Notes under the pieces: generated by a model | What the model was told of the DNA's origin: nothing | Databases searched by the model: none | Seen by the model: the letters and a program-made list of their open reading frames with translations, nothing else | Program-made: the position numbers and the translations under genes | Assembly: GCA_030141605.1 (NCBI GenBank) | Contig: JAQGDQ010000109.1 | Location: forward strand, 62,001 to 126,000 | DNA: 64,000 bases | Direction: 5' to 3' | DNA from: Tubiluchus corallicola | Taxonomy: Eukaryota; Animalia; Priapulida | Part shown: in pieces, positions 46,601 to 58,720 of the stretch | Layout of the letters: each line of letters starts with the position of its first letter | Position numbering within the stretch: position 1 is the stretch's first letter

Positions 46601-47899
46601 GAGTGAAAATTTTATATGCAAGGGCATTTTAAACATTACATCTGAGATTAGACGTCAGTTGCGTAGTTTATTATATCGTATTAATTGTTATTTGTGTTAT
46701 TGTTGTGTACCATAATTTATTGTATTTTGTGTACTAATTTGTGATTTGTACTTGAACATTGTAAAGTTTGAAACATAATATTAAATCAAATCAAATCTCA
46801 AAACGTAACTATAAACAGAATCTATAATCTAGGCACCGCATAGTAATGAGTAGTAGAATGTGAATGAGTAAATCGTCAATAGGTGCGGATAGTGTCTGAG
46901 TAAACACCAACAGTGTGTAGCGGTTTCAGTGAACTATTTAACGTTTTTAGTGTTAACAGTAATCATCACAATAAACGTTTCAGTGTTAGCGTGTTTCCGT
47001 AAGCCATTTGAATAAAATGCTTGAAGTAAATGAGTTTGTGTACGATAACTTAGTCAACAGAATCAGTTTTCAACAAACTGCTCTTATGTGTGGTATTTTG
47101 AGCAAAATTTGAGTAAACCATCCGAGTGAACATTTTCAATATTGCCAGTATTAACACCATTCACCTAAACACAGGTTTTTTTAAATTGATACTTCTAACG
47201 CCGCCAAAAAAGTGCTTTCGTGTACCAACCATGTGTCGAAATCATTTGAAGCATAATAGTAGTTTATTAGACATGTAATTTATTGTACTGCAGATATTAC
47301 ATACATGTTGAACAGCAGCGACAACGTATAACCACATCGAAGCCTTATAGGAGAATACAGGATGATTTTTCATATACTAGCCTATTTTCAAGTCCGATGA
47401 AAAGTACACATTTTAACACAATTAGTGCTGTAAAAGCGTTTCTAATAATTAAATGATAGATTAAAAACTTAATTAACGTTGAGCGAGCCCAACTATTGAT
47501 GACATCACTAACTAACATAATTTTTCAACAGCAAAAATATTCCACAAACTAAGCAAGTTTTACCGCTGTGCTCATGGCCTGTGGAACTAGTTCGTCAGAA
47601 GCTAACACATCTGAACTGAGAGGTACAGCACCTGGCTAGTACCCGTCTAACTAGCGAATGGCGAAATGCATGCGAAGAACTAGTGGCTCGAACGTGAAGT
47701 TGTGTTTATGTGGTAATAATTCTTTCGCGTTCATTCTTTCGCGTAATTCATTCATTCCTTATTTTCCTTTCAATATTGTGAAGAGTAGATTGTTTTGACC
47801 TACAGTTGAAAAATGTTCAAGTTTAAGATAGGCTCCGGTTTTGCTTTAAAAACAAGTATGTAATAGGAGGCTTAGGAAGTGAGGAAGTGAGTAAGGAAT

Positions 47900-47946
47900 T
47901 TACTTACTTGCTTGCTTGCTTGCTTACTTGCTTGCTTGCTTGCTTG

Positions 47947-48043
<97 letters not shown>
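47900..48043. repeat. (CTTG)n/(CTTA)n microsatellite
   Basis: Direct reading. Confidence 0.97.
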
Positions 48044-48044
<1 letters not shown>

Positions 48045-48809
48045 CTCATAAAATATGTTTTCATGCGCGCCAACCATAATCATAATTTTATTTTTTATTT
48101 CAGGACTCGAACTGCTCTCTTTCACGGAACGGTTCAGAAATCTGCCGCCTGACATCTTAACTGCAATATTTAATGAGTCAGTTGCAAGACGATTTACTGT
48201 TATTAGTATCTTCCAACTACTCACAGTCAATTTCATTACAATCCATCCCTGTGTACAGATTATTACGGACAATTAAACTCCCACTTTCGGTAATCGAGTT
48301 GTTGGCATATAATCATGGTAATTTACGTATATTAAAACATGGATTTCCTAATGTCTTTCCGATTCCCCGCCAGGCGACGCACGCCGCGTTTATGTCTACA
48401 AGCGCTCATTAAATTGGCTTCATTGTCGTCTTGACTCTGTATGCTTAATTTATCGATTGCAATGTATATACGTGTCGTGCACCCCTTTTCTATTAATATT
48501 TGGCTATATTAGCTTTCTGCTATAGTAACGACCGACATTATAAAGGTGTTAACAAAGCAGATAGAACGAGTTTCAGCAGTACAGGTGTATAAATCTTGGC
48601 AGATGGAAACGTTGTATTTACTCAGACTGGAGTAGTATAAGATTCTGTGTTACATGGCTTAAGTATTTGTTCCACACTTTTACTGCGTTTTGAGTACCCT
48701 TTTAGAGACACAGGTTATTACAGAAACGCTTAAAGACTCAACAAGACAGCTCAATACACAATAAGAGCCGAAAAACTGGTTAACACAAAATTAGTTACAG
48801 CTAAGACAC

Positions 48810-49789
<980 letters not shown>

Positions 49790-50549
49790 CTGAACAATCA
49801 GATTTCTGTCATTTCTGCCAACATAAACTGACCATTTACTGAGAAATCTTATAACCTAGATGAAAGAGACGCTGCAATATGTTCGCTTGTCGGGGATACA
49901 ACACAAGGTAAGTTCTTTCGAAACAAATAACAACTTACTCGAAAAACAAGAGCTAATTCCTATTTTAATTCATATTTGTTGTAACTAGTTGTACTTTACT
50001 TGATTGATATAAAATATTACGTTATAGATAGTGTTATATACAGCTGAATTATGGGTAACAAGTTTATATGTGTATAAACAATAGATCTACATTATTATGG
50101 CACTTACTTTTAAAGCGCATATCGTGTTGAACACACCCATGTTGGTGCGTTATGTATTATATTTATATTTTTTAACTAACCTTATTTATTTAACCGATAT
50201 TGTTATTTATTAACTAAGCTTTGTACATAATTTTGTTAATGTACCTGAGTACGAATACATAGCAATAATAGTAATAAGTATTGGTGCCTAGAAGACTGAC
50301 GCTTTAAACGGTTTAGACGCTTTTTGTAGCCCTTCAACCTTTCACCGTCACTTGACAAGTCCTAGCTTGTCATTATCTACTTAATAACCGAGTTTTGAAA
50401 AACAAGCTTAAATCCAGGCACACCATGAAACAAGTCGTTCATAATGCTAGTAGAAATTGAAGCTGTTACGTTACATTGGCTGATCTACTCTTACAATTAG
50501 GAATTCGAGACAGTCTAACATATTGGTTTATTTTAACTGCAGTTTGAGG

Positions 50550-51005
50550 CCATCCACATACAACAGTATCAAGTTTTCGGCCGATTTCGAGGACCTACCT
50601 ACCTTGCATAATAATCACGTTATCATATGCTCCACCACCTATCTACATCTTATATCGGAAGCACACAGATGTAGATTTTTGTACATTCTATTCTTCCTCC
50701 TCCCAAGGACAGGCAACAACATCACTTGTGTTAATTAACGGCAAACCATCAGTGCATTCTACTGGCATCGAAGTTAAAGGCGGTGGCAGCCCCAATTCAC
50801 TGAATTCATTCTCATCGACTCATTCTGAAGATTCCTCTTCCTCGTGGAAGATTACAACCAGCCAATCCTTCTTCTGAATCACTGCTAAGCATTTTGGACG
50901 AATTGGTGGTTCGTTAAGTCAGATAACGATATCATGACTAAGTCATCTACCTGCCTTGCGTTATAATGGTGTGATCACGTACCTACCCTAAACTTGGTAT
51001 CGTTA
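50550..51005 (+). repeat. Interspersed repeat related to 25965-26210, with a different interior
   Basis: Same two terminal blocks, separated by about 280 bp of unrelated sequence. Confidence 0.7.
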
Positions 51006-51136
51006 TATATCGGCCCCTTTATTTCGGTTCATAAAATGACAGTCCAAAAATTGAGTATGACCATGCATATTGGAAGTTGTGTAACAATGCAGTGATGCAC
51101 GAGCTAGAGTGCTGATAGAAGTAGACTGGTTATTAG

Positions 51137-51398
51137 CAGTGCCCGATTCAGATTTGAAGCTATAGCAAAGCCCTGCCCCCCTTTTTTTAAAATTCACCAG
51201 CTGGTCCCAGAAAACTTAAAAAAATATAAGCATTAATAGCAATGTGAACAATACAAATTATTTTATGACTAAAATATTAGTTAATTATTACTTAATTATA
51301 AAGGTGAGTATAAAACACTAATCTGGAATCTTCTTGAGGCCCCAGATTGTGAGACCCGAAGCTGTAGCTTATTCAGCTTACACCTAAATCCGACACTG
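51137..51398. mobile_element. hAT-type MITE
   Basis: TIRs CAGTGCCCGATT ... AATCCGACACTG; interior homologous to the ends of 56538-58720. Confidence 0.75.
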
Positions 51399-51655
51399 GC
51401 ATTAGAAAGTACGTTTAAAAGTGACTGCAGCAAAAATGTCTTTGTATACATGTTTCTGCACTGCTGTTCTTATATTATGCAAAAACCTTTCTTAGCAAAT
51501 GCCATACTAAAATTGGTAACAAAAATAATCGTAAAAATTTTAACCAAAAAATTCTTGTGGGATCGTAAAGCTATTCTCTATAATATATACGGACATTTCT
51601 CTACAGTAAGCCAACAGCTTAGACACTCAGTTTAAGGGAAGTACGTTGGTATAGC

Positions 51656-52253
51656 CACTGTTGGATTAAGGCTCTGCTGGCCCTAAGGCACATTTTGATA
51701 AATGGTCTAAAAGTACAGATATTTTTGGCTCATCGACAAAAGGAAAAGAGTTAAACTTAGCAACTTAGCACTTACCCTCCTTAGGTTGGTGCTGTCATCT
51801 ATTACAAGAGCCACCCCTTGGGATTTGGGCTTTTGTTGCTGTTTACCACCATCAGAAAAACCATCACCTCACACACACTTCGATTTCTTGAAGTTTTTCG
51901 ATGGACAATATTTTGCTATATGTCCCATCTCCTGGCAGGACCAACACTAGAATTTCTTTAATCTATTGCTAGACTTCTTCATCAACCATATTAAGAACAA
52001 ATTTCCGACAAACGTTCCTGCCTGAATAGCGTCGTATTCATTCATTGCCGCATAGGGCACAATAAAAAATACAAAAATAAAAATAAAAAATTCAAAATAC
52101 AGTAAAAAAAACATTTATTTACATAAAAATAAAGGAAAGCATTGTTGTCATCACCTGAGAACTTATTAATTTTTTACTTTATTTTTTGTGGCTTGGATTT
52201 TTGGCTGACCCTTAGGCATGTGCCTTGTTTGTCTAATGGTTAATCCGATACTG
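51656..52253. mobile_element. hAT-type MITE containing a gag zinc-knuckle fragment
   Basis: TIRs CACTGTTGGATTA ... TAATCCGATACTG; 8-bp TSD GGTATAGC / GGTTTAGC (7/8); minus-strand CWSCQEMGHIAKYC at 51946-51905. Confidence 0.75.
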
Positions 52254-52904
52254 GGTTTAGCGATGAAGCAGGACTAAAACTTCATAAATATAATTGCAAA
52301 AACCTAATGAATTGTTTCATAATTGCTCCCACGTTAACAGTGAAACCAGATAACATCACGTACGTCATGGCAGACTAATTCCCAAGGAACAGTATTTTAA
52401 TGTAGACAAACAATTCATGTATCAGACAATTAATGTGAATAAATGCAAAGTTCGATCAGTATTTGTTTACTAAATTAGCAGGGTTACTGTTCCTGCCGGA
52501 ATGTTACTTCAACCACTGTCATCTTGCGGATGAAATTATAAACTTTTAGCGCATTGTTTTGCAAATTTGCACTTAAATTTTGTTTTTTTTTCTTAAACTT
52601 CTGTCGTTGCTGTATTTTTTCCCGTTCGCATCACTTCTAGTAGCTCCTGTCGAAGCTCAAGGTCATTAGAGTGTCGTAACGACTTAATAACGATTTGGCG
52701 GGAAAAAGATTAAATCATAACACCTAGCTGATTTAATTTCCATTAGATGACGGAATAAACACGGTGAGATTTTCTCATATTTACCTGAGCATAAATGTTT
52801 ATCTGAAACGCATGGAAATTCACTGTAGTTTTTTTCATCTCTTTGTACTGAAAGGCTTAAAGCTCAGTGATAGACTTGCAATACACCTTACATGTTTCGC
52901 GAGT

Positions 52905-53600
52905 AACATGACAAGGCAAAACGGGGTAACAAAAAGCCAGATAAGACAAGGTAAAACAAAGCAAAAGTAAGCAAGGAAAAGCAAGGCAAGGCAATGCAAG
53001 CAAGCAAGGCACAGTACGACATGACAAGACAAGAAGGCAAGACAAGACAATCAAAGTAAAGTAAGGCAAGATAAAACAAAACAGGACAAGATAAGAAAAG
53101 ACAAGACAAAGCAGTACAAAGCAAGGCAAGGCAAGACAAGAAAAGACAAAACATAACAAGGAGAGTCAAGACAAGCCAAGCCAAGCCAAACCAAATCAAG
53201 ACAAGACAAAACAAGAGAAGGCAAGCCAAGTCGAAACAATACAAGACAAGACAAGAGCGGAGCGGAGAGGAAGAGAGGAGAGAAGAGAAGAGAAGAGAAG
53301 AGAGAAGAGAAGAGAAGAGAAGAGAAGAGAAGAGAAGAGAAGAGAAGAGAAGAGAAGAGAAGAGAAGAGAAGAGAAGAGAAGAGAAGAGAAGAGAAGAGA
53401 AGAGAAGAGAAGAGAAGAGAAGAGAAGAGAAGAGAAGAGAAGAGAAGAGAAGAGAAGAGAAGAGAAGAGAAGAGAAGAGAAGAGAAGACAAGACAAGGCA
53501 ACACAACACAAGGCACTGCTCGACAAACAATCAAGGCAAGGCAAAACAACACAGGTCAAGACAAGGCGTGATAAGGCCTTACAAAACAAGACAAAACATA
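52905..53600. repeat. (AAGAG)n core with degenerate (CAAGA/CAAGG)n pentamer flanks
   Basis: Direct reading. Confidence 0.96.
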
Positions 53601-55982
53601 AAAAGTATACTAATTTGTTCAGCGAATGACAGCCAAATTTTTTGAAAGCATTTACTGAAACAGAAACCTCAAAAAATCGCAATATTTTGGCTGATATTTC
53701 TGACAACTTTATGACGTGAAATGGCCAGTTTCGTTGTTAGATGTAAGTAAATACAGGTTCGTTACCCAATTACATTTCTGACATTTCTGACCGTGTAACC
53801 GTGTCGACCAGCGTCATTTACATTCATATATTCACAGACATTTCACCTTGTATTTTCAAAGACGATCACAAGAGCTAGAATAACATACTTAAAACTGTCT
53901 TAAAACATCGACGAGAGCTATTTAACAAACTTGGCTTGAATGTTGGGTGACCTTCAGCTCTTAAGGTTGCTTGTGTTTTTACAACCATTATCAGGACTCA
54001 ATGTCCTGTTTATTGAGTTCAGACGATCGTTTTAGCAAAAAAAAAATGCAATTCATAATGCTAAATTTCAAACCTAAAATGTTGTTTGCTTTTATTTCTC
54101 TTTTGATAATAATCCGTACATTTATCACACTGAAATTATCAAGGCATAAAAAATCGTTACAGCGTCAAAAGAATGAAATCGAAGTTACCAGTATACGAGT
54201 AGAAATATCCTTCAAAGAGATTCTGTAAAAAAAACGTTAAATTTATTGTCTTCCACTTGAGATTCAGGCAAAAGATGATAACCACAGCAAACAGTTAGTC
54301 TAATGCAAGCAAAGTTTAGAAGCAAGAAACGAAACCACTGTAATAAGTGTTCGAAGAATAAAAACACAAAAATTATATTATCGTCATCAAAGTCTGATTC
54401 CGTCTGTTAAAAACAGTGAGGCATTTCTATATATTAGAGCATTACTCCTACTCTTATCTGCAGCTAACAGCGTAAGATTATTTCTCATAAAACTAGATTT
54501 GGTTGAAGTTGTTTACTGTTTAGCATCTTTATTCAACTTAGCTATACAAGTTATTTTTCGGTTTGTCAGGTCGTTTTTGCACGGTTTTAGGACCTCTTCT
54601 GTGGCAATACTTACTGACGTTTCACTTGATATTGTTGATAACCTGAGAAGGTGTCCTAGGTTAGCCATCTTAATCTTGGGAACTTGTCTATTGAGGGTGC
54701 CCTATCGAACCAAAAGTGTACACTAGAAGCACGCACTATAATAAGCTAATGTTATGGGCTTCCTAGTTTAAAGTGGAGGTCATAACATTACCTGTAGGTT
54801 GGTTGGCCTGGTGCCTAGCACTGTACAATGCACATTCACCTGTTCAGCTCAATATTTACACGTTTTCCTATGCTGATTAACATAAGACATAAGAACTTTT
54901 ATTTTACACATAACAACATATATAGAGTGTAGCCAGTTGACAAACAAATATTTAAATAGTGTGGGAAAGGGAACGACAAAAATATCTTTTGCAATATCCT
55001 TCTGTTTTGGATGACCAGTTTTGGATGACACGATGGATAACCAGTACCTCAAGAAAGCAGATCCTATGAAGCACCCCCCCCACACACACACCCCATTTCT
55101 TAACACCAAACCATCATGCCGCAGTCTTTATATGTATATATATATATATGTATTTTAAATCAAATTGGTTGTAGGTTCTAAACTGGGATGCTGCAAATTA
55201 TCGGATGAAAACGCAAGTTACAATGCAAACGTAATTAAATGTCAAATAAAAAACAAATAAACAAATAAAATGTTCTCCTTTTTGAATTGTAAGTCGCCAT
55301 GTCACTACGGCAGTGCACTGGAATAGGCTCCATTTAGTATTTGCTTTAAATCAGAAACAAAATGTGACATTGCACGTGAATGACTGAGGGCAGCTTGAGG
55401 CCAGCCCATTGTTCGAAAGGGAGACAAGTAAATAAAACAAAATTAGTTGCGAAAGTACTGTGACACACCAGTAGCTGAGTACTAAAGTGCCTCTAAAACA
55501 TTTTGCGCAACTGACCACAATGATTAGATTCCTGTTATACAGGCTTAAAAGTATCAGTTCAGTTAAGCATGTCATGGATCATGCACGCAGGCTGATCATA
55601 TTAAGAGCTCTTCTGCCATCCTGGCACACGTCTGCTTCTTTGTGGCAATGGATGCCGGACCTGAACGCTACTTTTTTGCGCATTTAGCGGTTTCCATAAT
55701 CATTTTCAACCAAATTTCCCAATAGCAGCTATAATCCTTATTAAAACTGCTGCAGACGACAGAAAAACTATAAAACTTAATGACGGCAAAGCCGCCATAA
55801 TCTGGCCGCGTGGATCTTCGCAATACTGAAACTGGGGAAAGTGATTGAAAGCATATTAACTAAGCAAATTACTAAAATTAAAATTGGAATGTACGAAAAT
55901 TTCGCAAACATTTAATCCTCCACAAAGAAGCTGTTTACTATGACAATGTTTTAAACTTGAAATATGACATCTTACCATTCTG

Positions 55983-56525
55983 CAGTGCCGGATTAAGGCA
56001 TGGGCTTTATGGGCTGCAGCCCAGGGCCTCCGTCAGCTGAGGGGCCTCCAGATATTAAGTAAAATTAATTTACCGTGAAAAGTTACTACAGAGTGTGAGT
56101 AGAAGTATGCTGAATTATCTCTTTAAAAGGGCTCAATTAATTATTAAATTGGAAATGTTTTCTTGTCCATTATTCCAACTCACTGATACAGCCATACTGG
56201 CAATCCTAATTACAATGACAGGTGAATAAAAGTTAATTAGTACTAGTGACTAGTTTATGATGTACGTTAAAATACCAGTAATTTATTTATTGTAATTTGT
56301 ACGTATTGTATTTCATATTTCAAAAACTTATTTTAACTTTGTAAATATCAGAATATATCTTCTCTTTTTGTTGTGTTAGACTTATACTCTATGTGGGCAT
56401 TATGTTGTTAGAAGTTGAATGAATTGATTTGAAGAATCCAACATTCATGTTTTTATTAATTGTCACTGGGTGCCGGCGCCTCACAGAACAGTTACTGCTC
56501 AGGGGATTACAAAACCAAAATCCTA
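55983..56525. mobile_element. hAT-type MITE remnant
   Basis: Left end CAGTGCCGGATTAAGG..GCAGCCCAGGGCCTC; degenerate right end GCTCAGGGGATTACAAAACCAAAATCC. Confidence 0.55.
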
Positions 56526-56537
56526 CCAAAATGACAC

Positions 56538-58720
56538 CAGTGCCGGATTTAGACTTGGTGAGCCCGAAGCTGTAAAGCCCTGAGGTCCTATTTTTAAATT
56601 ACACCAGCTGGTCTCAGAAAACTTGAAAATACATGCCTTTTAATTATTGAATAGGAAAGTGAACAACAAAAATTATTTTCAAATGAATGCATTTATTGAT
56701 AACATATTAATAATTTGTAACATGCAGCTTGACATACAAATAAACATTCCTGAGTGATTGTTTCAAATTCAAATTCAGTTTATTTAAATCTTTTGTCAAC
56801 TGAATATAGTAAGATAAATAATAAGGACGGTGTTTGCAATATCAGAAAAATTATATAATTTCCTGATTTTGATATTCTTCTGGAAAAATTATGCTTTTAT
56901 AGTGTCCTGTTTTAATATATATAGTGTCCTGTCTAATATAAGTTTTATTAGATTCCTGTTATACAGGCTTAAAAGTATCAGTTCAGTTACGCATGTCATG
57001 GATCATGCACGGGTCAAAGGTGCTGAATTACAGTGGTTCAAAAATTATTTATTTGATAGACAACAGTGTGTTGGAGTTCAAACTGTTTGTTCTGAGCCTA
57101 TGAAAATTACATGTGGTCAATTTTGGGACCTTTTTTGGTCTACATCAATGATCTGCCTAAAATTTCCAGAATTATTTGCAGGCGATAGAAAAATCTTTTA
57201 TGGAAATACTTTTTGAAATGAAATTTAATCTGTCATCAATGCAGAGCTGTCTAAATTAAGTGTGTCGTTTCTCACCAATTAATTATCGTTAAACATAAAA
57301 AATCTATGTTATTTTCAAAGGTAGATCTGTGTTACAAATGCTGAAAATGATAAAGTTTGCCTTAATGGGTGTAATGTAGAAGAAAAGGAATGCGTCAAAT
57401 ATTTAGGTGTAATTTTAGACAACGAAATGACTTGGAAACAGCATATAAATCATATAAAGGTAAAACTTGCTCAGCCTTCTGGTGTATTATACAAATTAGG
57501 CTTGCTCATGTAGAAACTCTTGTAAAAGTTCACTTTGCTATTGTCCTTATCTTTGCTGTATATTATTAAGTTATGGATCTGCTTTTAATACGAATCTCAA
57601 ACCTCTGCAATTCACCCAAAGCAAATGTATTAAAACCATTTATAAACTGCATCAATTAACAAATCGTGATCTCATGTATTATAGCCATAGATATCTTAAA
57701 ATTAACGAATTATATCACCATGCGTGCCTATTGTTTCTGTACAGGTATTATAATGGGCTTCTTCCTCCTACATTTGTCAATTATTTAACTCCCATTCTAC
57801 AAATCCAAAACTATTTTACTCGCAGTGCTATTGGTAATTTTTATCCTCCTACCATACACGCTAGTTACGGTTACCGAAATCCTTCGTATACTGCTGTCCA
57901 CAATGGGCTCAAATTCCTCCTTGGGCAAAAGAATTTTAATTACAACGTTTTAAAAATATTTGATTTGCTATTAACTCGTTACCTAACCTGCTAATTGGCA
58001 TTTTTAAGTACTCCTACTCTCATTTGTTTGTACTGTTACCATTAATTGTTTTATTTGAATATAACTGAATATTGTTTTATTTGTGAGGTATTTTGTATGC
58101 ATTCCTCTGCCTGCAACATGCATGTGTTTGCGCAGTATCTGGGTGTCTCGAAAGCTCACGCTCCTACTCTCCACGAAGCTGTTTTGTACAACTTTCAAAC
58201 CGTACCGGTTTTTATATATTAATGTTATTATCATTATCTATATAGTTGTAATGTTTTGTGATGCAAATCAGCCAAATAAATAAATTTATTGAATTGAATT
58301 GAATTGAATTGACTATATCAAATAAGTGTATAAATTGCATCTTAAAACATTACAACTTAAAACACCTGACTCTTCCACCACACGCTCTCAAGCTTTTGCT
58401 CATTCATTAAAAGGTTCAGACTAGGATGACCCATGTACTAAGTCTAGGGGAAATAGTAAAAATTGAAAAGGGTCATAAAAAATGCAAATCTCGAAATTTC
58501 AAAAGGTGACTCTGTGTCCGGTAATTCCACATCCTGACACTTCGTGGACACGACGTCGGCGACGAACAACAGCTTCAGTACTGCAAAACTTCAGGTAATC
58601 TGATGGTATTACCTGTTTAGAAAATGAGTATAAAACCCAATCTGGAATCTTATTGTGGCCCCATGCAGATTGTGAGGCCCTACCCTGTAGCTTGTTTAGC
58701 TTAAACTTAAATCTAGCATT
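56538..58720. mobile_element. hAT-type MITE (family of 51137-51398) expanded by nested insertions
   Basis: Left end CAGTGCCGGATTTAG..CACCAGCTGGTCTCAGAAAACTT; right end ATCTGGAATCTT..CAGATTGTGAGGCCC..CTGTAGCTT..TAAATCTAGCATTG. Confidence 0.65.
57012..58311 (+). mobile_element. 5'-truncated, frameshifted CR1-group LINE with (GAATT)n tail
   Basis: VKGAELQWFKNYLFDRQQCV, KYLGVILDNEMTWKQHINHI, LKINELY..LLP..F motifs; AATAAA and GAATT tail. Confidence 0.85.

Noticed and set aside
44849-48412. Scattered ORFs and splice-like signals suggesting another gene
   Set aside because: No recognisable domain and no consistent exon chain could be built.
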